64,000 nucleotides of DNA from a candidate division WOR-3 bacterium. Its GTDB lineage: Bacteria; Hydrothermota; 32-111. The notes beneath the pieces are model-generated. The model searched no databases. It was not told the DNA's origin and worked only from the letters and a program-made list of their open reading frames with translations. Where the stretch lies: assembly GCA_039804105.1 (NCBI GenBank), contig JBDRZU010000001.1, positions 1 through 64,000 of the forward strand, given 5' to 3'. The position numbers and the translations under genes are program-made. Below, piece by piece: positions 12,078-22,215 of this stretch; position 1 is the first letter of the stretch; each line of letters starts with the position of its first letter.

Positions 12078-14144
12078 ATGGAACAGAATATTGTAAGAAA
12101 CATTGGAATAATAGCCCATATAGATGCAGGTAAAACTACAACTACCGAAAGGATTCTATTTTATACAGGGAAAATACATAGGATCGGGGAGGTTGATGAT
12201 GCCACAGCCACGATGGATTGGATGGAGCAGGAGAAAGAGAGAGGAATAACAATAACATCCGCTGTCACTTCTGTGAACTGGAAGGATTACAGGATAAATA
12301 TCATAGATACCCCAGGTCATATCGATTTTACCGCAGAAGTTGAAAGATCTTTAAGAGTTCTCGATGGTGCTCTTGTTATTTTCAGTGGTGTTGAAGGTGT
12401 TGAACCCCAATCTGAAACTGTATGGAGACAGGCGGATAGATACAATGTCCCAAGGATATCATATATCAACAAAATGGATAGAAGTGGTGCTGATTTTGAT
12501 AGAGTTGTTGAAAGTATGAGAGAAAAGTTCCCTGTTGAAATAATCCCACTTCAAATCCCCATTGGTAAAGAAGAGGACTTTGTAGGGGTAGTTGATCTTA
12601 TTGAAATGAAAGCATATATATATAATGATTCAGTGGATGAACATAAATATATAGTCACAGATGTTCCTGAAAGCTTGAAAGAAAGAAGTCAAAATGAAAG
12701 AGATTTGTTAATAGAGAAGTTGGCAAATTTTGATAATGAGATTCTTGAAAAAGTTATAGAAGGTAAAACTATATCAAATCAAGAGATCATCAACTCAATC
12801 AGAAAGGGAGTCATAAGTTGTAAGATAGTTCCAGTGTTCGCAGGTTCTTCCAAAAAAAATAAATGTGTTCACATGTTACTCGATGCGATATGTTATTTTT
12901 TGCCTTCTCCTCTTGATAGACCTCCAATAGTGGGAATCAATCCGAAAACTGGAGAAGAGATTATAAGACATCTTGATAAAAAAAGTCCCTTCTGTGGATT
13001 GATATACAAAATTGAAATTGATAAACATTTTGGAAAACTTGGATACATGAGAGTTTATTCTGGAAAACTTGAATTGAAAGATCAGGTGCTCGATACAACT
13101 TTCAACGAGAAAGTGAGGATCACAAAAATCTTCATGATACATTCCAACAAGAGGATCGAGGTTGAAAAATGTGAAGCTGGAGACATCTGTGGTGTTGTAG
13201 GATTGAGAAGTTCAATCACAGGATCAACTATATCGGATCCAAAACATCCTATAGCGCTTGAAAAACCGGTGTTCCCTGAGCCTGTAGTTTCAATATCAGT
13301 TGAACCAAGAAGAAAGGATGAAGAAGAAAAATTAAACGAAGCTTTGAAGAATATGCAGGAGATGGATCCAACATTCAAAGTTTTTATGAACAAAGATACA
13401 GGACAACTTCTAATCTCTGGAATGGGAGAATTACATCTTGAAATAATTGTAGATAGGTTGAAAAGAGAATACAATGTGGATCCAAGAGTCGGAAAACCTA
13501 TAGTCACCTATCGTGAAACGATAAAAGACAGAACAGAAGGTGAATATGAATTAAACAAGATCATTGGACAGAAAACGGTTTTTGCTTATGTTAAATTATT
13601 GATCGAAAAAAATGAAAAAGATTATTTTTCTTTTGAGTCGAAAGTTTCCAAAGATATGTTACCTCTTGAATTCATAAAAGCTGTTGAGGATGGAGTAAAA
13701 TCAACAAGTTCAAGTGGAATAATAGCTGGGTTTCCTGTGGTTAACATAAAAGTAATCCTCGCTGAAGCAAAATATGATATCAATTCGTCAAATGAGCAAT
13801 CCTTCAATTTTGCCGCTTCGATGGCATTTAAGGATGCTTTAAAAAAGGTTCCAAACTATCTCCTTGAACCCATAATGAAAGTTGATATATTCGTTCCAGA
13901 TGAGTTCGTTGGAGTTGTTATCAACGATATAAACTCAAGGTATGCAATGATAAAAGGTATCTCAAAAGAAAATGGAATGACAACGATAGATTGTGAGGTT
14001 CCCCTTTCCGAAATGTTTGGTTATATGAACGATCTTAGAACATTAACTCAGGGAAGGGGTGTTTTCAATATGGAATTTTTGCAGTTTAAAGAGATACCTA
14101 AAGAAAAACTCACCAAGGTTAAAGCCGATTTAGGTATTTTTTAA
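12078..14144 (+). CDS. fusA: Elongation factor G family GTPase, divergent in domain IV (EF-G2-like)
   Basis: [37 protein letters not shown] present; KQSGGRGQYGH and SYHDVDS motifs replaced. Confidence 0.93.
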   Translation: MEQNIVRNIGIIAHIDAGKTTTTERILFYTGKIHRIGEVDDATATMDWMEQEKERGITITSAVTSVNWKDYRINIIDTPGHIDFTAEVERSLRVLDGALVIFSGVEGVEPQSETVWRQADRYNVPRISYINKMDRSGADFDRVVESMREKFPVEIIPLQIPIGKEEDFVGVVDLIEMKAYIYNDSVDEHKYIVTDVPESLKERSQNERDLLIEKLANFDNEILEKVIEGKTISNQEIINSIRKGVISCKIVPVFAGSSKKNKCVHMLLDAICYFLPSPLDRPPIVGINPKTGEEIIRHLDKKSPFCGLIYKIEIDKHFGKLGYMRVYSGKLELKDQVLDTTFNEKVRITKIFMIHSNKRIEVEKCEAGDICGVVGLRSSITGSTISDPKHPIALEKPVFPEPVVSISVEPRRKDEEEKLNEALKNMQEMDPTFKVFMNKDTGQLLISGMGELHLEIIVDRLKREYNVDPRVGKPIVTYRETIKDRTEGEYELNKIIGQKTVFAYVKLLIEKNEKDYFSFESKVSKDMLPLEFIKAVEDGVKSTSSSGIIAGFPVVNIKVILAEAKYDINSSNEQSFNFAASMAFKDALKKVPNYLLEPIMKVDIFVPDEFVGVVINDINSRYAMIKGISKENGMTTIDCEVPLSEMFGYMNDLRTLTQGRGVFNMEFLQFKEIPKEKLTKVKADLGIF

Positions 14145-14151
14145 CATTTTG

Positions 14152-14179
14152 TTGACTTAAAAAATCTTAACAATATAAT
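14152..14179 (+). promoter_or_regulatory. sigma70-type promoter, leaderless geometry
   Basis: TTGACT-N16-TATAAT, 7 nt before ATG 14187, no SD. Confidence 0.75.
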
Positions 14180-14186
14180 ATCTTTT

Positions 14187-14849
14187 ATGAAAAATTATTA
14201 TGAAATTTTAAATGTGCCTGAAAATGCTTCAAAAGCCGATATTAAGAAGGCATATTTTGCATTGGCAAAAAAATATCATCCCGATAAACTCGCTCAGGAG
14301 GGAACTAAAAACGAAAATATATTTGCAGATATTGCTGAAGCGTACGATGTTCTCTCGGATGATAAAAAAAGGGAAGAATATGATGAAAAACTTAAAAAAT
14401 TTAAAGAGGGAATAAATTTAGAGGAAAAGAAAAATGATGAAAAGTTTGAAAACTATTATCTGAAAGCAAAAAAGAAAGTTAAAGAAAAAAAATTCAAAGA
14501 AGCAATAGATCTTTTTAAAAAATTGGAAATGCATTATAAATACAAAAACAAAAAACCATCGGATGAATTCTTTTCACTTTATGGTTATTCTCTATTCTTT
14601 TCAGGAATCGATAAAAAGAAGGGTATTGAACTTATGGACAGTTCGTTGACTTCTTCCAATTTTTCTGATCAGGAAATTATTTTAAATCTTGTTGAAGCAT
14701 ATTTTGAAATGGGAAAAGATGAAAAGGCAAAAGAACTTTTTAAATTGGCTATAAACTTAAACCCTAAAAGCAAAAGGGCGTTTCTTATTAAACAAAAATA
14801 TTTTAAAAAGAAAAGAAGTTTACTTGATATAATTTTAGGGAGGAAGTGA
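14187..14849 (+). CDS. J-domain (DnaJ-type) protein with C-terminal TPR-like repeats
   Basis: NYYEILNV...KKYHPDK (HPD motif), AYDVLSD; TPR-like AKELFKLAINLNPKS. Confidence 0.88.
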   Translation: MKNYYEILNVPENASKADIKKAYFALAKKYHPDKLAQEGTKNENIFADIAEAYDVLSDDKKREEYDEKLKKFKEGINLEEKKNDEKFENYYLKAKKKVKEKKFKEAIDLFKKLEMHYKYKNKKPSDEFFSLYGYSLFFSGIDKKKGIELMDSSLTSSNFSDQEIILNLVEAYFEMGKDEKAKELFKLAINLNPKSKRAFLIKQKYFKKKRSLLDIILGRK

Positions 14850-15214
14850 TGGATTTTGATTCGATCCTAAAAGATAGTGGCGAAAAAATAACAGGATGTG
14901 TTGCAGTTTCACTTGTTGGAACTGATGGTATAGCTCTCGCTTCTTACACAAAATATCCTCAAGCAGATCTATCTCTTGCAGATGCAGAACTCGCAACACT
15001 TGCGATAACAGCTGAAAAAATTTCAAAAGAGATAGGTGCTGGTGAAATGGCTGAAATTATACTCATTACAGGAAAAATGACCATTGTTACTGGTATGATA
15101 GGGAAGGATTATTATATCTATTATGCTTTAACTGGAAAAGAGCAGAATGTTGGACTTGCAAGATATGAGATCAAAAGGTTAGCAGGAGAACTTTCCCCTG
15201 TTCTTTATGGTTGA
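14849..15214 (+). CDS. Roadblock/LC7 (MglB-like) domain protein
   Basis: About 120 aa, AVSLVGTDGIALA and NVGLARY motifs; GGAGG SD; overlaps upstream stop. Confidence 0.85.
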   Translation: MDFDSILKDSGEKITGCVAVSLVGTDGIALASYTKYPQADLSLADAELATLAITAEKISKEIGAGEMAEIILITGKMTIVTGMIGKDYYIYYALTGKEQNVGLARYEIKRLAGELSPVLYG

Positions 15215-16563
15215 TGACTCTCTATTTTTTTCTATACATATTTTCTATTTATTTTGGTTATTTTTATAACAAAAACGGTTATTTAATTTTCCCTCTGTCC
15301 ATATTGATATTTAATACTTTACTCAAAAAAAAATTTTTACTTTCGTTATCAATATTGATAGTTTTTTTATCAGGTTATATTCTAAGTTTAAAGGAAAAGA
15401 TTGAGTTAAAGGAAGGTTTTTATGAACTCGAATTATCCGTTAAAAAAGGTTTTAAGTATGGTTATTTAACAAAAAGTGATAGAATTAAAATTTTTTTGAA
15501 CACTGATCTTATTTTTCTTGAAGGTGATAGGATATATGGAAAGTTCAAAATTGAAAAAATAGATTTTAATAAAGATCATGAAAAGTTTCTTGAAAACTAT
15601 GATGTTTTTTTCAAATCTACGATTTTACAGATAGATTCTGTTAACAGTGAAAATTCAATCGATAGATTAAGAACGATCCTTGTTAACAGAGTAAGAGAAA
15701 GGTATCCTGAAGAAAAGATTTCAGGTTTTATAAATTCAATCATCATTGGTTACAGAAAGGATCTTGATTCAAAGTTGAAGAGAGATTTTATAAATTCTGG
15801 AGTCATCCATCTTCTTGCGATAAGTGGTCAACATGTTCTGATAATTTATTCTTCTCTTTTTTTTCTCCTTTATTTTTTTCCAATCAAAAAAAAGTTAAAA
15901 GTTATACTATCAATACTGATTCTAATTTTTTATTCTTTTTTAACATACAATAATCCACCTGTTGTGAGATCTGTTGTCTTTATTACCATTTTTCTTCTGG
16001 GAGAGTTACTGGAAAGAAAGGTTGATAAAGAGAGTTTAATTTTTTTAACATTAATTTTTATGCTGGTTTTCAATGATAGTAATTTCAAAGATAATGGATT
16101 CATTTTATCTTTCCTTGGGGTATACGGTATTTATATTTCAAACGAAGTGTTAAACCTAAAAGGGGGACTTTTTAAAATTTTTTTGACCTCTGTTGTAGTT
16201 TTAATTTTAACTATGCCTTATATGATGTATCAGTTTAAATATGTCTCTGTTGGTTCACCTATTTTCACAACAGTGCTCTATCTTCCTTTTTCATTTTTTA
16301 TACCTTTATCTTTACTTTCACTTTTACCATTATTTGGTTTTCTTCAATATCCTGTAGTTTATATTTTTAAATTTATAGAAAAGGTAGTTTCCTTTTCTGA
16401 AAAAATGTATCTTATGTATGAATTTCAGATAGATCTTTTTATTTTTATATTCTTTGAATTGAGTTTAATCACTTTGTTTTACAAAAAGTATAAAATCTCA
16501 TTTGTTTTTTCTTCGATAATTTTTACATATGTTATTTTAAAAATCAACCATTGTTTTTATTAA
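15214..16563 (+). CDS. comEC: ComEC/Rec2-family competence membrane protein, lacking the C-terminal metallo-beta-lactamase domain
   Basis: F..SGVIHLLAISGQH, PPVVRS, GFILSF motifs; multiple TM helices. Confidence 0.85.
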   Translation: MTLYFFLYIFSIYFGYFYNKNGYLIFPLSILIFNTLLKKKFLLSLSILIVFLSGYILSLKEKIELKEGFYELELSVKKGFKYGYLTKSDRIKIFLNTDLIFLEGDRIYGKFKIEKIDFNKDHEKFLENYDVFFKSTILQIDSVNSENSIDRLRTILVNRVRERYPEEKISGFINSIIIGYRKDLDSKLKRDFINSGVIHLLAISGQHVLIIYSSLFFLLYFFPIKKKLKVILSILILIFYSFLTYNNPPVVRSVVFITIFLLGELLERKVDKESLIFLTLIFMLVFNDSNFKDNGFILSFLGVYGIYISNEVLNLKGGLFKIFLTSVVVLILTMPYMMYQFKYVSVGSPIFTTVLYLPFSFFIPLSLLSLLPLFGFLQYPVVYIFKFIEKVVSFSEKMYLMYEFQIDLFIFIFFELSLITLFYKKYKISFVFSSIIFTYVILKINHCFY

Positions 16564-16840
16564 AACCGATATTTTTCTGTTTGAGATCCTCTTCAATTTT
16601 TATCTCACCAAAATTTTGTTCATACTTTTCAATACTGTCCTTTAAAGATTTATAAAACATTTTCGCATGTGCTGGAGTCATGATTATTCTTGTGTGAATG
16701 TTTGCTTCAGTTATACCAGGTAAGAGTTTTGCAAAATCAAAAATAAATTCTGATGATGAATGAACTGTCAACACGAGGTTTGCATATTCACCTTCTGCGA
16801 CTTCCTTATCGATTTTGATATTTATGTTTTTTTCATTCAT
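16544..16840 (-). CDS. DUF3467-like small protein
   Basis: AEGEYANL...HSSSEFIFDF...RIIMTPAHAK...YEQNFGEI. Confidence 0.85.
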   Translation of the reverse strand: MNEKNINIKIDKEVAEGEYANLVLTVHSSSEFIFDFAKLLPGITEANIHTRIIMTPAHAKMFYKSLKDSIEKYEQNFGEIKIEEDLKQKNIGFNKNNG

Positions 16841-17958
16841 ATTTTAACTCCTTCGATTAAAAATTTTCCATTCTTATAAAACAGTTTGTCATCAGCATAT
16901 ATTTCTCCATATTCTCTCATATCACATAAAAGATCCCAATGGAGTGAAGAAAAGTTTTTCGAACCAGCTTCTTTAAATCCATTACCGAGAGCGAGGTGTA
17001 TTGTTCCTCCAATCTTTTCATCAAAAAGCATATTTTTTATGAATTTTTTTATCCCATAATTCGTTCCTAACGCTGCTTCTCCTACGATTGACGCACCATC
17101 ATCTATTTTTATTAACTCTTTCAAAAGTTCCTCTCCAGTTTTTGCTCTATATTTTACAATCTTTCCATTTTTGAATTCAAGGTATATGTCTTCGATCTCT
17201 TTCCCCATATAAATACCTGGGAAAGTGAATCTTATTTTTCCATTAACACTGGTTTCAACAGGGCTTGTGAACACTTCTCCTGATGGAAAATTGTTATGTC
17301 CATCAGAGTTTATCCATTTTCTTCCTTCTGATGAAAAATGTAAATCCGTATCTTTAGCGATCATTCTGAAATTCTTCTTTTTTGATAGAAATTCTATTAT
17401 TTTATTTTGCTCTCTGTGTATTCTTTTCCATTCTTTTGCTGGATCATCTTTGTTTAAAAAACATGCATCTATTACGAAATCCTCAAGTTCTGATAATGAC
17501 ATATTTGCTTCCTGTGCCCCGGAGTGCGTTGGATAGTATGTTAGTACCCACCTCATATTTCCTTTTGCAACCCTTTCAGAGAAAATTTTGTTCAAATTTT
17601 CTCTTGCTTTCATCGATTTTCTTATTTTTGTTGGATCAATACCTGAAAGTGTTTTAGAATTTTTCTCTCCACCTATGGAAATTAAAACATCAAAATTTTT
17701 GAATATGTATTCATCGATAGGTGAAACGAATTCAATCAACGTTTCACTCGCTTCCTTATAGAATATTTCTGAAAATTCGCTATCAACAATTTTAACTTCA
17801 CAGAAAGCACCTCTTTTTGTTACCTCTCTATATACTTCTTTTAAAAGTGGTATGGTTTCACTTGAACCTCTCAGAAAAACTTTTTCACCTTTTTTTATCC
17901 CTGTTGAATAATCAACAAGTGTTTTTGCCCATTTTTGTATTCTCTTATCCACTATCAT
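16837..17958 (-). CDS. Aminopeptidase, peptidase M29 (AmpS/AmpT) family
   Basis: NFPSGEVFTSP, GEAALG, LFDEKIGGTIHLALG, SSLHWD. Confidence 0.93.
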   Translation of the reverse strand: MIVDKRIQKWAKTLVDYSTGIKKGEKVFLRGSSETIPLLKEVYREVTKRGAFCEVKIVDSEFSEIFYKEASETLIEFVSPIDEYIFKNFDVLISIGGEKNSKTLSGIDPTKIRKSMKARENLNKIFSERVAKGNMRWVLTYYPTHSGAQEANMSLSELEDFVIDACFLNKDDPAKEWKRIHREQNKIIEFLSKKKNFRMIAKDTDLHFSSEGRKWINSDGHNNFPSGEVFTSPVETSVNGKIRFTFPGIYMGKEIEDIYLEFKNGKIVKYRAKTGEELLKELIKIDDGASIVGEAALGTNYGIKKFIKNMLFDEKIGGTIHLALGNGFKEAGSKNFSSLHWDLLCDMREYGEIYADDKLFYKNGKFLIEGVKI

Positions 17959-17973
17959 AAAAACTCCTTATTA

Positions 17974-18002
17974 TTGACTAAATCTTTTTAGAAAGTTATA
18001 AT
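17974..18002 (+). promoter_or_regulatory. sigma70-type promoter, leaderless geometry
   Basis: TTGACT-N17-TATAAT, 8 nt before ATG 18011, no SD. Confidence 0.75.
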
Positions 18003-18010
18003 TCATTAAA

Positions 18011-19831
18011 ATGAAAAAAATTTTTTTCATATTTTTTATTATAATCTTTTTATCATTATTCTCAAGTAGATATGTGAATTATGATGATTATCTTTATTTT
18101 TTTTCTTCCAACATCTTAGAAAATAAAAATATTTTTGAATTCCAAAAAACGGAATTTGTTTTCAATGGTTTAGAGTTGACACCTTCGGATGGAACACATA
18201 CGATACTACCTTATCTTATCTTTCATTTTTTTCATAAAATAAGTTATGGGAACATATTTGTTTTACATCTTTACTATTATTTTTTAGCTGTTTTAATTTT
18301 TATTGTTGTTTCTTTTTATTTAAAGAAATTAAAAATCGACAACCACGATCTTGTTGCTTTTCTTTTCACTTTAAATCCAGCATTTGCTTTGTATTACAAT
18401 TCTTTTATGATGGATAGTTTGTTTTTCCTTTCGTTTCTTGTGTCTTATATTTTACTTGAAAACTTTGTTGAAAAACAGAATATAAAAAGTTTTTTAATTT
18501 TTCTTTTCTTTTTTTCGTTTTCCATTCTTTTATCATATATAAACCTTTTTTTGGTTCTCACATTTTTTTTCCAGTTGAAAAGATTAAGAAAAGGATACTT
18601 TATTGGTTTTTTGATCTTTTTTATTTCTCTCCTATTTTTTATCAAAGTGTTCAATTTAGGCGCTGATATTTTCAGGTCTTTAAAATGGGAAGGGTCAGAA
18701 AGGTTTTTAAACTATCATAAAACCTTTAGAAAGATAATCGGTTACATTATATGGATCGGGTTTTTTTCAATCCCCTTTACATCCTATCGGAATTTGAAAG
18801 ATCCGTTATTTTATCTATCAACAATTATTTCAATAATTTATTTCATCGTTTTGGAACAAAATATGATCAACATCATCATTGGAACAACCTTACTTTCGAT
18901 GGGTCTATTTTCAATTTACAGGGTTATGTTTGAGAGTGATGATAAAAAATTTAAAATATACTTTGCTTTATTTTCATTATCGATCATTTCCTTATCACCA
19001 ATGATAGTAGGGAGATATCTTTACATATCTTACTTTTTTTATTTCGTTATTTTTACAAGATTTTTTTTAAAAAATGTTAATTTAAAATTTTCTTTTTTTT
19101 CTACCTTTATTTTATTATTTTTTCTTTTCTATTCTGATCTTTTGGCAACAAATTCTTACAGAAATTTAAAGTTTAACAAAACTGAAAATGGATACTTTAT
19201 CGGTGAATGGGGTTATAGGTATATAGCGGAAAAGAACGGTTTAAAACCTATGAAAAGGCTGTTTACATCTTTACCCGAATCCTCGATCGTTTATATTTCA
19301 GATATTGAAAGAATGTATAGTCCCGACAAAGATTTCATCGTTCATTTAAAACCTCTTGTTAGTGAATCTTTGAATAATTTTTTCTTTAAAACAATTTCAA
19401 AAATTGATCGCTGTGGTTATTATACAGATCTTTATGGTGTTTTACCATTTTCTTTTGGTAACGATTTCTCAATATCACATACGGAGTACTTATTTTTAAA
19501 AAATGGAAACCCTAATTTTATTGCTAACAAAGGAAGATTGTCTTTTATAGGAAGTGAAGTTGTGATTATTTCAAAAATTAATGATACAGTAAAAGTGTTA
19601 GAAAAAAATTTTGAAAAAGTAAAGATATGTTTTTTTGATGATTATAATGTGTTAAAAAAATCTGATGGAATAAAATTGTTTATTCATTATTCCGATGGTG
19701 AAATTGAAGAGTTTTTGATAAAAACAGATGAGGATGGTTTATTACCAATAAAAAATAAACGAATAGATCTTATAACTTTTGATAAAAACAGAAATGATAA
19801 ATACGATTGGTTTGGAATAACATTTTATTGA
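18011..19831 (+). CDS. Polytopic membrane protein, probable GT-C fold glycosyltransferase (ArnT/PMT-like)
   Basis: Acidic pair (YDD) after first TM, LNPAF...MMD motif, many TM segments, soluble C-terminal domain. Confidence 0.55.
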   Translation: MKKIFFIFFIIIFLSLFSSRYVNYDDYLYFFSSNILENKNIFEFQKTEFVFNGLELTPSDGTHTILPYLIFHFFHKISYGNIFVLHLYYYFLAVLIFIVVSFYLKKLKIDNHDLVAFLFTLNPAFALYYNSFMMDSLFFLSFLVSYILLENFVEKQNIKSFLIFLFFFSFSILLSYINLFLVLTFFFQLKRLRKGYFIGFLIFFISLLFFIKVFNLGADIFRSLKWEGSERFLNYHKTFRKIIGYIIWIGFFSIPFTSYRNLKDPLFYLSTIISIIYFIVLEQNMINIIIGTTLLSMGLFSIYRVMFESDDKKFKIYFALFSLSIISLSPMIVGRYLYISYFFYFVIFTRFFLKNVNLKFSFFSTFILLFFLFYSDLLATNSYRNLKFNKTENGYFIGEWGYRYIAEKNGLKPMKRLFTSLPESSIVYISDIERMYSPDKDFIVHLKPLVSESLNNFFFKTISKIDRCGYYTDLYGVLPFSFGNDFSISHTEYLFLKNGNPNFIANKGRLSFIGSEVVIISKINDTVKVLEKNFEKVKICFFDDYNVLKKSDGIKLFIHYSDGEIEEFLIKTDEDGLLPIKNKRIDLITFDKNRNDKYDWFGITFY

Positions 19832-19847
19832 TTGTGAAATCGATTTA

Positions 19848-19875
19848 TTGACTAATTTCTCTGTAATGTTAAAAT
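19848..19875 (+). promoter_or_regulatory. sigma70-type promoter with extended -10, leaderless geometry
   Basis: TTGACT-N16-TAAAAT with TG extension, 7 nt before ATG 19883. Confidence 0.7.
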
Positions 19876-19882
19876 TAAGATC

Positions 19883-21547
19883 ATGAATATGAATGAAAAT
19901 AAATATATTATCAAGGAAACAATTGCAACAGGAGGAATGGCAACAATATATAAGGGTGTGCAAATTTCTCTCAACAGAGAAGTTGTGATTAAAAAATTGC
20001 ACCCACATTTAAGTCAGGATGCAAATTTTGTAAAAAGATTTAAGAGGGAAGCATCGATTCTTGGGAAATTGAAGCATGAAAACATAGTTTCAATTATCGA
20101 TTTTTATGAAAAAGAAGATGACAAATTCATCGTTCTGGAATATATAAAGGGTAAGTCATTAAAGAGCGTTATAAATGAAAAGAAAACAATACCTTTTGAA
20201 TATGCACTTTTTATTTTAAAAGAGGTCTTAAAGGGGTTATCGTATATCCATTCGCAACAAATTTTACATCGAGATTTGAAACCAGATAATATAATGCTAT
20301 CTGAGGATGGCACAGTAAAAATTACAGATTTTGGGCTCGCGTTTGGAAAAGAACTTATAAATGTCACAAATCCTGGAACGTATATTGGAACCCCTGCATA
20401 TTTTCCTCCAGAGCAACTTGCGGGAAGAGAGATCACAGTTTCGTCCGATATATTTTCCCTTGCAATAACGGTTGTTGAGATGATAACAGGGAAAAATCCT
20501 TTTGAAGGAAAGGATCAATTTGAAACTATAAACAATATTCTTTATTTTAGAAATTTGGATTTTGATTATGATCCAAATAATATCCCACCACTTTTTATTG
20601 AACTCATAAATTCTATGTTGAACAGGGATCCATCCAAAAGACCTGCTTCTTGTGATGAGATAGTTGAGAAAATTGATAAATTTGAAATCTCCATTACAAA
20701 AAATGATTTAAAGGAGTTTGTTTTTTCTCCCAAAGGTGAGGATCAACATCTTAAGTCCTATATAAAAGTCAAAATAAAAAAGAGAGGTAAATATACAGAA
20801 CTTGTGGTCTTTGTTTTTTTATTGTTAGTTCTTATGTCCATTATCTTTTATCAATTCTACTTTTTTACAAAGAATGAAAAAATAAAAACTGTTTATATAA
20901 AGGAACAGCAGGTTGAAAAATTTTCTCTTTTTATAGTAACACAGCCGAAAGATGTTCAGATATCAATAAACGATTCTATAGTTGTTTTAACACCTCAAAA
21001 AATTTCACTCGAAAAAGGTAAATATAGAATTTCATCTTTAAATCCTGAATATGAAAAAATAGATACCATTTTTGATTTAACAAAAAATGATTCAATATTT
21101 TTTGAACTGAAAAAAAAGGAGATAAGGGAAGAATACGGTTATCTTGTGGTAAATGTTGTTCCTTGGGCTGATCTTTATATAGATGGTATTTTTATTGATC
21201 GAACACCTCTTTCGAAAAACATTAAACTGAAAACTGGGAAACATTTGATAAAGTTGAAACATCCAAACAGAAAAGAGTATTCAAAGGAAATTTTTGTTGA
21301 GAAGGATAGAGTTTTAAAAATTGATGTTGAACTCGAAAAAGCGTTCGGTTATTTAAAAATAGTCGTAAGACCATGGGGAAAAGTAACAATAGATGATAAT
21401 TATATTGGACTCACACCTATAGGTGATTCTATCAAACTTTTGATTGGTCCGCATAGAATAAAAATTGAGAATCCAGCATATCAACCGATAGAGGATGAAA
21501 TTTTCATTAAAGAGGAGGAATTATTAAAAAAAATTTATTCCTTTTAA
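19883..21547 (+). CDS. Hanks-type Ser/Thr protein kinase with TM helix and extracytoplasmic PEGA repeats
   Basis: VVIKK, HRDLKPDN, DFG, GTPAY.PPEQ, SDIFSL; TM near aa 305-328; PEGA-like VPWADLYIDG..TPL and RPWGKVTIDD..LTP. Confidence 0.92.
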   Translation: MNMNENKYIIKETIATGGMATIYKGVQISLNREVVIKKLHPHLSQDANFVKRFKREASILGKLKHENIVSIIDFYEKEDDKFIVLEYIKGKSLKSVINEKKTIPFEYALFILKEVLKGLSYIHSQQILHRDLKPDNIMLSEDGTVKITDFGLAFGKELINVTNPGTYIGTPAYFPPEQLAGREITVSSDIFSLAITVVEMITGKNPFEGKDQFETINNILYFRNLDFDYDPNNIPPLFIELINSMLNRDPSKRPASCDEIVEKIDKFEISITKNDLKEFVFSPKGEDQHLKSYIKVKIKKRGKYTELVVFVFLLLVLMSIIFYQFYFFTKNEKIKTVYIKEQQVEKFSLFIVTQPKDVQISINDSIVVLTPQKISLEKGKYRISSLNPEYEKIDTIFDLTKNDSIFFELKKKEIREEYGYLVVNVVPWADLYIDGIFIDRTPLSKNIKLKTGKHLIKLKHPNRKEYSKEIFVEKDRVLKIDVELEKAFGYLKIVVRPWGKVTIDDNYIGLTPIGDSIKLLIGPHRIKIENPAYQPIEDEIFIKEEELLKKIYSF

Positions 21548-21549
21548 TT

Positions 21550-22215
21550 TTGATCATTCCGTTTTTAATTTTTTCAACCACAATAAATGATATAATCATC
21601 TACTATGAAACTGGAGAATATAATAAGGTTGTCTCAGAAGGGGAAAAAATATTTAAAGATTTTAAAGATGATATGGGAAAAGATGATCTTATAAATCTAC
21701 AAACATATATAGCATTTTCATATATTGCTTTAGGTGATACGATAAATGGTCAAAGGTATTTTGAAAATATTTTAACCCTTGATAACAATTATACTTTGAA
21801 CGAAGAATTCGTTTCTCCCAAAATAGTTCAGGTGTTTTTGAAAGCAAAGGAGAGGATAAATTTTTTGATAAAGGAAACACCATCTTATTTTAAAATCGAA
21901 ACTGAAAGCAATTTGAATGTAAACAAAAAAAATATTATCATTAAATCATTAGTTTTCCCTGGATGGGGACAGATGTCCATCGGTGAAAAGAATAAGTCGA
22001 TTGTTTTGGGATCGATTTTTCTTTCTTCAATTATAGGAAGTGTGACTTCTTACATTTTCACTTTGAATATGAAGGATATGTATATGAAATCGACAACCGA
22101 AGAGGACGCTATTAAGAATTATAATCTCTATAACAGTTGGTCGAAAGTTAATCGATTTTTTATAGATGTTTCATTCTCTGTTTATCTTTTTAATATTTTT
22201 GATATTGTATGGTAA
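21550..22215 (+). CDS. Exported/membrane protein with TPR-like N-terminus and DUF5683-like C-terminal region
   Basis: TPR-like IAFSYIALGD...FENILTLD..L....SPKI; SLVFPGWGQ motif followed by hydrophobic segment. Confidence 0.6.
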   Translation: MIIPFLIFSTTINDIIIYYETGEYNKVVSEGEKIFKDFKDDMGKDDLINLQTYIAFSYIALGDTINGQRYFENILTLDNNYTLNEEFVSPKIVQVFLKAKERINFLIKETPSYFKIETESNLNVNKKNIIIKSLVFPGWGQMSIGEKNKSIVLGSIFLSSIIGSVTSYIFTLNMKDMYMKSTTEEDAIKNYNLYNSWSKVNRFFIDVSFSVYLFNIFDIVW

